Source: a virus (Duplodnaviria; Caudoviricetes). Taken from it: DNA of 45,384 bases. Where the stretch lies: positions 1 to 45,384 of IMG/VR virus record IMGVR_UViG_3300037483_000743. One strand, given 5' to 3'. The notes under the pieces are model-generated. The model saw only the letters and a list, made by a program, of their open reading frames with translations. It did no database searches and had not been told where the DNA came from. The position numbers were made by a program, and so were the translations under genes. Below, one piece after another: positions 8,601 to 16,532 of the stretch (positions within the stretch are counted from its first letter, which is position 1; each line of letters begins with the position of its first letter).

Positions 8601-10228
8601 TCTTCCGCTGTCGCGATTGCGGCCTCTAGAGCCTGCTGCTGACCCTGGATGCTCCCGGCCAGACGCTCGTTGATGCCGACAGCTTCCTCGTGCACCTTGT
8701 TCAGTGATTTCTGATGAGCCAGCATCTCCGGTTCTGCAGGCTTAGACATGCCAGGCACAGAAGGCCGGTACTGCTCAGGCACTCCCAGGGCCTTCGTGAT
8801 CTGATACGTCCCTGCCGGGATAGCGGCGGCGGCGGCCAATATCGGGCTCATCCGAGCCACCAGTGCCGCCAGGCTAGAACCGGCCACAGCGGTATTCATG
8901 GAAACAATCAGGGTCCTGGTAACGATCAGAGACCGCTGCAGGGCGGCCAGGCTGGTGATGAGGCCCAACGCCGCAATGCTGAAGCCGATGAGACCGAACC
9001 CTCCCGTCAACAACGGAGTAGGCAGGTCAGACAGACCGGCGAACAGTGACGTCAGCCCCTCGGCCGCGGCACTCACTCCTGGGGCGAAGACGTCACCCAG
9101 CGAGATGGCCAAGTCATGCAGGTTGTTCCGCATGATCTTGATCTTGGACTCAGTGGTACCGAAGCGCTGCTCGGCCTCTACTTGAAGAGCGGTCCCCTCC
9201 GCCCACGCCTCGTTGGCAAGGCTCAGGCTGCTCGTGAGCACGTCCACGCCACCACCGGCAAGGCGGCCGAAGACGTCCTTCATGCGGATACCGTCGAGCT
9301 TGAGGGTCTCCATGGTGGGCGCGAGGTCTTGGCCTTCCTCATTCATCTGAGCAAAGCCTTCAATGACCAGCTTCGCGGCCTGGTTGAAGTCCGTGCGGGC
9401 CATCGAGCGGAAGTCGCCGATGCTCATACCCGCCACTTGTGCCCAGGTTTCCAGCTCTGCTGTCTGCCCCTTCACCGCCGTGTTCAACTCAAGGAACATG
9501 CGGGAGATGGCCGAACCGCCGAGTTCGGCCTCTACGCCGACAGAGGATAGAGTCCCGGCCCAGGCGAGCATCTGCTGCTCGCTCATCCCGACCTGGTGAC
9601 CAGCACCGGCGATGCGCATGGTCATACCAACGATCTCGGCTTCGGTGGTGGCCATGCTGTTGCCCAAAGCAACAATGGTGGAGCCCAACCGCTCATAGTC
9701 ATCAGCCGACATCTGCGTGATGTTGGCCATCCGGGCGAGCTGGGTAGCAGCTTCGTCACCTGTCATATTGGTAGCCACGCCCAGCTTCACCATTACCTCG
9801 GTGAAACCACGGATGTCTTGTGTAGCGACGCCCAACTGTCCGGCGGCTTCCGCTACGCCTGCGATCTCTTCCGCGGTGGCGGGCATCTCCCGCGCCATCT
9901 GCCGGATTTCCTTGGAGAGGGATGCGAACTCTTCCTCGGTCGCGTTGACGGTCTTGCGCACGCCCGCGAAGGCCGACTCGTAAGAAACGGACGCCTTAAC
10001 CGCCATTACGGCTGAAGCCGCGTAGCCGACAGCTACGCCCGCCAGAGCGCGCTTGCCCCATTGCTCCATTTTCTTCTGCGTCTCTTGCAGCTTCTTGTCG
10101 ACCCCGCCCATGCTGCTGCCCAGGTCACGGGTCGCGCGGTCGGCCTTGTTGAGATCCCGCAGGTAGGAGGCGGACTTGGCCTCGAGAACTAGCTGTAGTT
10201 TCTCGACCTCAGTACCCAGCGGGGTCAC
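5684..10228 (-). CDS. Tail tape measure protein (TP901 type) with internal peptidase-like domain
   Basis: 1514 aa, Ala-rich and helical; YESAFAGVRKTV...EIAGVAEAAGQLG TP901 core; follows the chaperone. Confidence 0.93.
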   Translation of the reverse strand: MTPLGTEVEKLQLVLEAKSASYLRDLNKADRATRDLGSSMGGVDKKLQETQKKMEQWGKRALAGVAVGYAASAVMAVKASVSYESAFAGVRKTVNATEEEFASLSKEIRQMAREMPATAEEIAGVAEAAGQLGVATQDIRGFTEVMVKLGVATNMTGDEAATQLARMANITQMSADDYERLGSTIVALGNSMATTEAEIVGMTMRIAGAGHQVGMSEQQMLAWAGTLSSVGVEAELGGSAISRMFLELNTAVKGQTAELETWAQVAGMSIGDFRSMARTDFNQAAKLVIEGFAQMNEEGQDLAPTMETLKLDGIRMKDVFGRLAGGGVDVLTSSLSLANEAWAEGTALQVEAEQRFGTTESKIKIMRNNLHDLAISLGDVFAPGVSAAAEGLTSLFAGLSDLPTPLLTGGFGLIGFSIAALGLITSLAALQRSLIVTRTLIVSMNTAVAGSSLAALVARMSPILAAAAAIPAGTYQITKALGVPEQYRPSVPGMSKPAEPEMLAHQKSLNKVHEEAVGINERLAGSIQGQQQALEAAIATAEEAAKAEEELARHRKAMTATLEGLLNPQQAWTEALGKAQEAAGKHAEALGLDATATQEYVNKAEASLSDFMDFLQEQKDAQDNLIWNMRETVKRLIEAGFDEETTRRIMEQVGQLPADIVDKFANASPEEFARMADLMNAAGERSSEAWDEGVAADLDRRMEAAAKNTVDTFEDAADKKMAAAGSSNADRWATAFKTAADAALGKWNPSLGPMGAWKARGTTAGSGFGADLLAELQQMGGATGGAKGLTPQMSKLAGMVSGRFGVSLGSGFRPGATIRNTGKPSLHGMGRGGDFFGSSSALWNAFNYLALNAPFFGIQELLYKNKAWSVGVPYIHSNTNAQSVRDHQDHLHLGTRYHTGGEVSAVLQVGERVLTAEQNSFLSNLSTSLRDLIDVIRANVNADKDIPVGGKGAAANEQILDLFGTQSARLGSYATREGARLEMLKALGYDLDLQMATLERQADFLDKAVAEKAAQLQIAKDRGMDPQVINEIATELFDLSREAHDARDAMEDLARVPLEQAAAGWASSLSRVESLMDILGNSSAASSLQSGLFPDLMGAMGGGYQSALDLMNSSTDPAEISQYAGQAISGLTGMFGAEKSQLERSLSDVRGTIDAAQTEWEAAWQDRGDALDREIAREESSRQSALMQLQRDQRTELEALQANYTERLALLDASYTERLALLDARDQTVSRGRATGDLQGELDELISQEGKTEADIRRIHEIREQLSRLREDYATQDARAGLLAEQERARAGLLAEQERALSELQKRQESQRIARDDQLQAQEESARLRREAHEQERIAHLAQFAALREQAQAAYQLEIDALVVKFQRMMEEVIAQENLLLGEAGMFSNAGQTLGLSFAHGIQSAQANVAAAAAALAATAASYLELNSPAKMGPLSELDQWFVPFVDTLIEPLQPQTMALPASQVAGSMGTTTTRHLIIEGRGTLDESMLPIIVQAVKDNLRDEYDDVQWSYGR
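6333..6398. repeat. Perfect 2 x 33 bp tandem repeat in tape measure
   Basis: cgttcttgctccgccagtagtcccgcccgggcg twice, encoding ARAGLLAEQER. Confidence 0.95.
6558..6623. repeat. Near-perfect 2 x 33 bp tandem repeat in tape measure
   Basis: gcatc(c/g)agtagagctagacgctcagtgtag... twice, encoding YTERLALLDA. Confidence 0.9.
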
Positions 10229-10985
10229 CTCCCTCGGCGGTAGTTGCGGATGGCGGATGCCGCCCGGTCGCGGGCGCGGCCCAGGCGCGCGGAGATGCCC
10301 TCTATGGTGGGAACATCTTCGGCGGGTGGTTCAAACTGCTGCTTGTACTGGCCGTGCATGGCCGCGGAGAGCTTCAGATAGTGCTGGTCCTCGTGAAAGG
10401 GAAGCCACTTGGCCAGCTTGTCTACCCAGCGGGCGGGTTGCTGCATGAGCCCACCGGGGTAGGGGAGCACCCCGTAGGCGTAGCAGATCCCGGTGTAGTA
10501 TCGATCCCAGTCGTCGCCCGTCAGCTCTCGTTGCGGGCGAAGAGGTTTTTTGCTGCTTCCACGTCCCCCCGCATGAGCGCATCGACGTACTCCCAGAGCT
10601 GATGGGCCAGCGCCGGGTCGAGTCCGTCCTTGGCCACTATGTCTTGCGGAGTCACGGCTGGCGTGATGAACAGACAGAGCTTCTCGGCCAGGAGGTAATC
10701 GTCGGAGAGATCCTCAGGCTCCCGGTCGAGCAGGGTGAACTCCCGGACCTTGAGGTTACGGGCCACCGGGGTTAGATCGTCCAGGCTGGCGCTGAACTCC
10801 TCTGTGCGGGTCTCCAACTCCTGCCGATAGGCCTGTAGGCGTTCGAAGTACTTCCGATGCATCTCGGCCACCTCTTGACGGGCGCCGGGGCCGGGGGGGT
10901 TCACCGTCCACAGACGGCCGTCCTCCAACTCGATTTCCTGGGTGAGGTCCTGCCGGTAGTCGGAGACTCGAATCTTCTTGCTCAT
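10225..10985 (-). CDS. Tail assembly chaperone, long form made by -1 programmed frameshift
   Basis: Slippery heptamer A AAA AAC at 10551-10545; the -1 frame is open to 10225 (…YGVLPYPGGLMQQPARW…). Confidence 0.8.
10521..10985 (-). CDS. Tail assembly chaperone, short form
   Basis: Between tail tube and tape measure; ATG at 10985 with GGAGGG RBS. Confidence 0.8.
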   Translation of the reverse strand: MSKKIRVSDYRQDLTQEIELEDGRLWTVNPPGPGARQEVAEMHRKYFERLQAYRQELETRTEEFSASLDDLTPVARNLKVREFTLLDREPEDLSDDYLLAEKLCLFITPAVTPQDIVAKDGLDPALAHQLWEYVDALMRGDVEAAKNLFARNES

Positions 10986-11006
10986 CGTGCCCTCCATAGG
11001 TAAGGG

Positions 11007-11058
11007 TGTCTCAGGCCCACGCGCAGTGGAGGGCGGGCCACGCGGTGGGCCTGAGACA
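11007..11058 (-). promoter_or_regulatory. 14-bp perfect hairpin with an anti-Shine-Dalgarno in its apical part, upstream of the chaperone
   Basis: tgtctcaggcccac / gtgggcctgagaca; on the mRNA, GCCCUCCA (11034-11027) is complementary to UGGAGGGC (10996-10989). Confidence 0.55.
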
Positions 11059-11114
11059 GATTCGGGGGGATTCGGAAATACCAAGTTGGGCGGCCGCCCC
11101 GCCTAACTTTGGAT

Positions 11115-12485
11115 TTAGTAGCTGGCGACGCCGTTCAGGACGGTAATGGTGACGAGCGGAGCGGATCCGCTCGCGTCGCCGCCCACCGTCATGTACTTCT
11201 CGCCGCCCTCGGGGTCGCCCTCGTCCATCGAGTCAAACCCGTTCGGGTCGTAGTCGAACTGCGGCATCGTCACTTGGATGGAGCGCTCGGCTCCGGATGT
11301 GGATGCGATCCACTTGACGTCGAACCCGCCGACCTGGATCTCGTCGGTGGCTTCGGTCCCGTCTGCCACGGCCGGGTCGCCGTAGTGCACGAGGTCATGC
11401 TCGCGCCAATCCTCCGCCAGGATCTCGGCGGCCAGGGTGACCGTGCCGCGCTTGCGCTGGACGGCATAGGCGGTCATGCCCTCGCCGTTGATGGTCGAGG
11501 CGTTCCCGTCGAGCACGAGGGTGAACGACTTGGTTCCGGCGCGCAGGCCCAGGTGTCCGTTGTAGTCGCCGGGGGTGTTCTCGTCCGCGCCGCCGACCTC
11601 TTGCAGGAACGTGAGCGCGGTCGGCAGATCGGTGGGGTTGGCATGGCTCACGGCGTTGGTCACGTCCGCGAAGTAGTGCACAGTCTCGTCCGCCATGTGG
11701 GCGGTCAAGTCCGTCTTGATCTCGATGAGCAGGGTCAGGAGGCTGGCGAGGTCGGTTGCATCCACAGCCGTAATCGTATTCACCGCGTCGGCGGCCTGAT
11801 GGTGACGACCGCTCGCGACGGCGCAGTGCAGGTTGTACGCCGCTTTCAAGGCGTTCGCCTTGGTTTCCGCGGTCGCCTGGTTGGTGGCAACGGCCGTGTG
11901 GTCGATGTTCGCGAAGTCCCCGGACAGGCACCAGTACCCAGCGGCGTCCAGCCAATGGTAGACGTCGGTCTCGGCGGTCGCGGGGCTCGCGGGTGCGGCC
12001 ACCTTCTTCTTGCGCGCCATGCCGACCACGGTGATCTTGAGCAGCATGAAACCATCGCTCGCGTCGTTGGCGACGGTCAGCTCCATCTTCACCACTTGAC
12101 AGTCGCGGAACAACTCCCAGCGACCGTCCGTGTACTGCCAGAACGTGATGTACGGGCAGCTGGACGAATCCGTGTACGGGGTGAAGGTGTGCGTGTAGGG
12201 GTCGCCGCCGCCTGCCACGGCCTTCGCGCCGGTGACGGAGTAGATGAGCAGGCCCACGTCGTTCGGCTGCACGAGCAGCGTGATCTCGCCGCCGGCCTGC
12301 TGACCTTTGACACGCTTGATCGAGGGCGTCCAGGGGTTGGCATCGCCCACGTTGATCTGCCCGATCTCCGGCTTGCCGGTGAGACCCGGACCTATCAGCC
12401 AGCCCTTGTACGTGGGGTCTGCCGGGTAGACACCGCGCCCGGTTTGCTTCGCGAACTGGATGCTGTAGTCGCTGAAGTCGATCAT
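11115..12485 (-). CDS. Major tail (tube) protein with a His-rich repeat insertion
   Basis: Position; AGGEITL...PYTHTFTP...ITF...DC.V.KM.L and C-terminal TITVLNGVASY motifs; no sheath gene present. Confidence 0.8.
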   Translation of the reverse strand: MIDFSDYSIQFAKQTGRGVYPADPTYKGWLIGPGLTGKPEIGQINVGDANPWTPSIKRVKGQQAGGEITLLVQPNDVGLLIYSVTGAKAVAGGGDPYTHTFTPYTDSSSCPYITFWQYTDGRWELFRDCQVVKMELTVANDASDGFMLLKITVVGMARKKKVAAPASPATAETDVYHWLDAAGYWCLSGDFANIDHTAVATNQATAETKANALKAAYNLHCAVASGRHHQAADAVNTITAVDATDLASLLTLLIEIKTDLTAHMADETVHYFADVTNAVSHANPTDLPTALTFLQEVGGADENTPGDYNGHLGLRAGTKSFTLVLDGNASTINGEGMTAYAVQRKRGTVTLAAEILAEDWREHDLVHYGDPAVADGTEATDEIQVGGFDVKWIASTSGAERSIQVTMPQFDYDPNGFDSMDEGDPEGGEKYMTVGGDASGSAPLVTITVLNGVASY

Positions 12486-12685
12486 TCAGTCACCTCCTTC
12501 GAAGGCTTGGCTGGGGGAGCGACTGAGGTAGTGCGTTTGACCTCTACGCAGCCCGCCTCGAGCAGTCGCTTGATCTCGCGGGCGTCGTCGGTCGTGTAGG
12601 GCAGGGACATGTCAAGCTCGTGATGGTCTCGGCCGAGCGTGATCGTCACCGGCCCCGTGCGACCCGGAAGGTCGAATCTGGGCAT
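12482..12685 (-). CDS. Small hypothetical tail-region protein
   Basis: GGAGG RBS; overlaps the tail tube start (ATGA). Confidence 0.65.
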   Translation of the reverse strand: MPRFDLPGRTGPVTITLGRDHHELDMSLPYTTDDAREIKRLLEAGCVEVKRTTSVAPPAKPSKEVTE

Positions 12686-12710
12686 GGCGATGAACCTCCA
12701 TCTTGGGGGC

Positions 12711-12735
12711 AGAAAGAAGGCCGCGCGAGGCGGCC
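12711..12735 (-). terminator. Intrinsic terminator-like hairpin inside the late operon
   Basis: GGCCGC-loop-GCGGCC followed by UUCUUUCU. Confidence 0.5.
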
Positions 12736-12766
12736 GCTGGAGTACTACAGAAGGGCGGAAGGGTAC

Positions 12767-13147
12767 TTAGGCGGCGGGCTCTATGAAGATGAGCTTCGCG
12801 TCCACGTGCGTCACGAAGAGCGCCAACTCTTGATCCCAGTCATCCCAGGCGTTTACCACCTGACAGCGGACGTGGGTCGAGCCCATGAGGCCGTGGTACT
12901 CATGCAGCGCCGTCTTTAGGCGATCGACCACGCGCCACAGGACGGCGTAGTCGGGCCCCCACAAGTCGAACTGATAGCGGGGCTTTACGAATCGCGCTTG
13001 GAGCTGTGGTGTATCGATGCGGCGGTAGACGATGGCCGGGTAGGTGTTTGAGCGCAGCACGGAGGGCTCGATGCGCGTGCTCACCAGGTCGGTGAGGGCC
13101 GTCTTGGTCTTGAGGTAGGCCACCAGCTCATCGCTGAACACCGGCAT
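12767..13147 (-). CDS. Tail completion/terminator protein (DUF3168-like)
   Basis: L..LVSTRI.P....YPAIVY.RI...R.QFD.W motif and synteny. Confidence 0.8.
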   Translation of the reverse strand: MPVFSDELVAYLKTKTALTDLVSTRIEPSVLRSNTYPAIVYRRIDTPQLQARFVKPRYQFDLWGPDYAVLWRVVDRLKTALHEYHGLMGSTHVRCQVVNAWDDWDQELALFVTHVDAKLIFIEPAA

Positions 13148-13150
13148 AGG

Positions 13151-13573
13151 TCACGACCTCTTAGCGAGCAGCTTCCGGAAGGCCCGCGTGAACTCGCGCA
13201 CCGCTTCGGCCTTCTTGGTGTCGAAGGCGGGGCGGAGATAGGGTTTCGCGGGCCTCTTCGAGGTACCGAACTCGACATGCTTAGCATACTCGACATTGGT
13301 CCCGATGCGGATTTGTGCGCGGTCCCGGGCGGCCATGTTCCCGCCGATGTCGGTCCCCTCCGAGAGGTTGAGCTCAGACTCATCGCCGTAGCCGCCGATA
13401 TGGATGGAGCGGGCCAGGTTGCCGGTGAGTTTCGGCACCCTCACTTTGGCCTCGTTCATAATCGGCAGTCCGCCCGCCTTCAGCGCGAGCAGCAGATTCT
13501 GGCCGCGCGCCGCGTCGGACAGCTGCCGGAACCGCCGGTGGAGCGCTGCGTCGCCTACCACGTGTGTCTTCAT
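13151..13573 (-). CDS. HK97 gp10-like tail-component protein
   Basis: PKLTGNLARSI...GTNVEYA.HVEFGTSK..AKPYLRPAF. Confidence 0.9.
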   Translation of the reverse strand: MKTHVVGDAALHRRFRQLSDAARGQNLLLALKAGGLPIMNEAKVRVPKLTGNLARSIHIGGYGDESELNLSEGTDIGGNMAARDRAQIRIGTNVEYAKHVEFGTSKRPAKPYLRPAFDTKKAEAVREFTRAFRKLLAKRS

Positions 13574-13941
13574 GCGACGCTCACCACCTCTACGTCCAGT
13601 TGTGTGTAGGCGCTGCTGGGGTCATGGCGCACGTCCAGGATGTTCCAGTTCGTGGACGCGACCACCGCGCGGTGTTTGGTCGTGATGGACGGATAGTAGC
13701 CGGCGAGTGCGATGACCTTGCGGGTGCTGACCACTGCAGCCTGCGGACCGCGTTGTTCCGCCGCCGAACGAATGACCGCTTGGCCGCGGACGCACGGGAT
13801 GTTGACGTGCCCGGCCAGGTTGCTCCACGTATCGGTGATCTGACCGCTTGAGTCGCGACTCTCGGTGGACGCCTGAATGGTGCAGGTCAGACCGAAGAGA
13901 CGGTTGAGGGAATCGAACATGCGGCCGTCGACGAAGCTCAC
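13570..13941 (-). CDS. Head closure (stopper) protein
   Basis: CTIQ..T..RD..GQ...TW pattern and synteny. Confidence 0.75.
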   Translation of the reverse strand: MSFVDGRMFDSLNRLFGLTCTIQASTESRDSSGQITDTWSNLAGHVNIPCVRGQAVIRSAAEQRGPQAAVVSTRKVIALAGYYPSITTKHRAVVASTNWNILDVRHDPSSAYTQLDVEVVSVA

Positions 13942-14333
13942 AGATTCCCCCTAAGCATCTCTTTCCAGGTCCGCTCTCGGGCCGTGAACTGGTCGACCAC
14001 CATCTCCGCGACGTCGAAACCACCGGAGGCGGCCACGTCGGCCTCTGCCTGAGCACGGAGCGCTTTGGCTTGGGCACGCAACTCGGCGGCGAGCTTGGCA
14101 CCATCAAGGGATAGGTCGAGCATGGTAATGACCTTCAGCACCATGGCCTGGTTGGCGGCCAGCGACTCAAGAGCCGCGGCGGCCGCGCGGCGGACCACGT
14201 TACCCTCCAGCGTCAAGAACGCGGTGATCTCAGCGTCCGTGAAGAGCTGGTTGGCGGCCACGAGGTCGTCCGTGTCGTGAATCAGGAGACGCACGAGTCC
14301 TGCATCGGTACTGGGGTCATAGGTGAACGCCAT
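13938..14333 (-). CDS. Head-tail adaptor protein
   Basis: TYDP.T..G.VRLLI.DTD....LFTDAEI.AFL...AAA.ALE motif. Confidence 0.8.
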   Translation of the reverse strand: MAFTYDPSTDAGLVRLLIHDTDDLVAANQLFTDAEITAFLTLEGNVVRRAAAAALESLAANQAMVLKVITMLDLSLDGAKLAAELRAQAKALRAQAEADVAASGGFDVAEMVVDQFTARERTWKEMLRGNL

Positions 14334-14335
14334 GC

Positions 14336-14533
14336 CTACTTCTTCCGGGCTCTGGGTTTGGGCTTCGCTACGGGTTCAGGCTCGCGCAGCTCCACCACAT
14401 CCTCGACAGGCTCGGAGAGCGCCACGGGCGTCAGGACCCGGAGGAGTTCCCCCAGGTCCTGACGGAGACCGCGTAGCTCGCCCAGCACGACGTCGAGCCG
14501 TTGCTCAGTGCCGTTGATAGCCGGGCTCAGCAT
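14336..14533 (-). CDS. Small hypothetical head-region protein
   Basis: ATG at 14533 with AGAAAGG RBS; basic C-terminus (KPKPRARKK). Confidence 0.6.
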   Translation of the reverse strand: MLSPAINGTEQRLDVVLGELRGLRQDLGELLRVLTPVALSEPVEDVVELREPEPVAKPKPRARKK

Positions 14534-14568
14534 GAGCGACCGCCTTTCTGTATAGTCCGTCACGTGTG

Positions 14569-14577
14569 TGTTAGAAT
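14569..14577 (+). promoter_or_regulatory. Extended -10 promoter of the antisense HNH gene
   Basis: TG-t-TAGAAT followed by GGAGGTGA RBS and TTG start. Confidence 0.5.
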
Positions 14578-14597
14578 ACGGGTTGGAGGTGATCGCA

Positions 14598-15272
14598 TTG
14601 CTTATCAACTGTGCACACTGCGGGAACGAGTTGGACCGACCACCAAGCCGGGTCAAAGCTCACCGACGCCAGTTTTGCGACATGGCTTGCTTGGGCGCAT
14701 ACCGACAAAATCAGACCACCGTACGGTGCGCCATCTGCGACAAGGCATTCTCAGTGAAAGTCAGCCGCTCGCGCCAGAACGACGCAATCACGTGCAGCCC
14801 GGCTTGTCTTGCCGAACTGCGGAGACAGAACATCATTCGTCACCATCACAGTGAGGACACCCGGCTTGCTGTATGTGCCTTTTGTGGGGCTCCGATTACT
14901 CGCAAGCCATCGCAGATCGGCAAGTACACAGACAACTACTGCGACAGCACGTGCAAAGCAAAGCATCAGCAGCGTCCTAATCCGTCCCGTTCTGGGGCCG
15001 CATGTCCAGCCTATACGCATGGACAAGCGTGCTTAGGGTCGGGGTGGGTAGGTGCTCGCCGACTGGCCCGCGACAGAGACGAGCACCGTTGTCAGATATG
15101 TGGAATCACCGCGACGGAGTACGGGCGGGCGTTGTCGGTACACCATCTCGTTCCGATTAGTGAGTTTGCCGATAAGAGCGAGGCTCACACTCTGGACAAT
15201 CTGGTTACCCTGTGCCAACCGTGTCACGTACGTGTGCACCACGCGAACGAACCACCGACAGTGGGTTGTTAA
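14598..15272 (+). CDS. Free-standing HNH endonuclease with three N-terminal CxxC...CxxxC zinc-finger repeats
   Basis: RDEHRCQICG...VHHLVP...NLVTLCQPCH..VH; opposite strand to the late operon; lower GC than neighbours. Confidence 0.9.
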   Translation: MLINCAHCGNELDRPPSRVKAHRRQFCDMACLGAYRQNQTTVRCAICDKAFSVKVSRSRQNDAITCSPACLAELRRQNIIRHHHSEDTRLAVCAFCGAPITRKPSQIGKYTDNYCDSTCKAKHQQRPNPSRSGAACPAYTHGQACLGSGWVGARRLARDRDEHRCQICGITATEYGRALSVHHLVPISEFADKSEAHTLDNLVTLCQPCHVRVHHANEPPTVGC

Positions 15273-16441
15273 GAGCCGTCGCCTTCACTTCCTACCGACA
15301 TTGATGCATCTATTACCACACCGCCCAGGATGTGGCGAACCTTGTACTGGATGGCGTCCGTGTCGAAGTCACCCGCCATGACGTCGGGAGTGCCGCCACC
15401 GACGAACTGCTGGTTGGGGGACTTCACGAACACCTGAGGCTCGCTGTAGCCGCGCAGGAAGCCGATTTCCAATGCCGCGGGGCCGGAGGCCGCGTCGGCG
15501 AAGAGGAACCAGGATGTGTCGCCGTTGGCCGAGCTGGCCACGATCGGAATCCAGGGGTTGACCACCAGGCTGAGCTCGCTTCGCATCCAGTTCACGGCTA
15601 TGAGTTTCTGGTTCGCGGTTCCGCCCGCCTCGGCGAGTTCGAGTTGGATGGCGTTCATGATGTTCTGAGCGGTGATCTTGAGCGCGGGCGGGACTACCAG
15701 GGTGGCCGCCGTCACTACGATGGGATTCCCGTCGCCGTCGGTCATGGCTGCCAGAACGCCCATGGCCGTCTGCAACCCGGGGAGGGAAAGCGCGGGGTTG
15801 CCCGTGATGATGTTGCCGTTGCCACCGGTGTACACGGAGGCGTGAGGGCCGGTGCTGTCCACGTACAGCTCGGTGACGAACTTCTCTTCGGTCATGCGCG
15901 CGGCACGGCCGAAACGCTCCGGCACGTCTTTCAGCGCGTCCAGGTCGTCGTTGATGAGGGTCTCGAAGTCGAAGGGCATCCGGCGGCCGTACTTAGAGAC
16001 GGCGTACTGGATGGGGGTCGAGTCCGCGATGGAGCTTTCGGGGTACGCGGCTCCGGCGGCAACGCCGTCCAGGGTCGCGCCGCCGCCGATACCACGCGGG
16101 AAGCGCTTCACGTTGCGGAAGTCGCGCACTTCGGCGCGCTTGGCGATCGCGGGCCAATGCTGCGGGGCCTCGCGGTAGGCCTGGAGCAGCTGCCGGTCGA
16201 GGATGTCGGCGAAGAGCAGCGGGAAGTCCGATGTGCTCATTGCCTCCTGGAAGGTCAGCGCAGCCCGGCGGTTACCCGCGAAGGCTTTCGCCACCAGCTC
16301 GGTGGCCTCGGCCAGCCGGGTCGTGTATTTGGCGCGCGCCTGCACCTTCGCAGAGCGCGCTCCGTCTCCGTCGCCGCGAAGCAGGCGCTGGGCGTCTGCT
16401 TCTTCGACGCGGACGTTCTCGACGAGTTCGAGGAAGTCCAT
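15269..16441 (-). CDS. Major capsid protein (Mu gpT-like, HK97 fold)
   Basis: STSDFP.L...V.DFR...KYGR...E.LINDDL...LVVPP.L...DFDTD.I.YKVRH motifs. Confidence 0.9.
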   Translation of the reverse strand: MDFLELVENVRVEEADAQRLLRGDGDGARSAKVQARAKYTTRLAEATELVAKAFAGNRRAALTFQEAMSTSDFPLLFADILDRQLLQAYREAPQHWPAIAKRAEVRDFRNVKRFPRGIGGGATLDGVAAGAAYPESSIADSTPIQYAVSKYGRRMPFDFETLINDDLDALKDVPERFGRAARMTEEKFVTELYVDSTGPHASVYTGGNGNIITGNPALSLPGLQTAMGVLAAMTDGDGNPIVVTAATLVVPPALKITAQNIMNAIQLELAEAGGTANQKLIAVNWMRSELSLVVNPWIPIVASSANGDTSWFLFADAASGPAALEIGFLRGYSEPQVFVKSPNQQFVGGGTPDVMAGDFDTDAIQYKVRHILGGVVIDASMSVGSEGDGS

Positions 16442-16471
16442 GTGTCACCTCAGTGAATGTCGGGGGGAATG

Positions 16472-16495
16472 AAAAAGCCGCCCATGTAGGCGGCC
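16472..16495 (-). terminator. Intrinsic terminator-like hairpin between decoration and capsid genes
   Basis: GCCGCC-UACAUG-GGCGGC followed by UUUUU. Confidence 0.6.
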
Positions 16496-16532
16496 TCAGG
16501 GGGCGCTGCTGATGTTGCTGGGGGGAAAGCTC

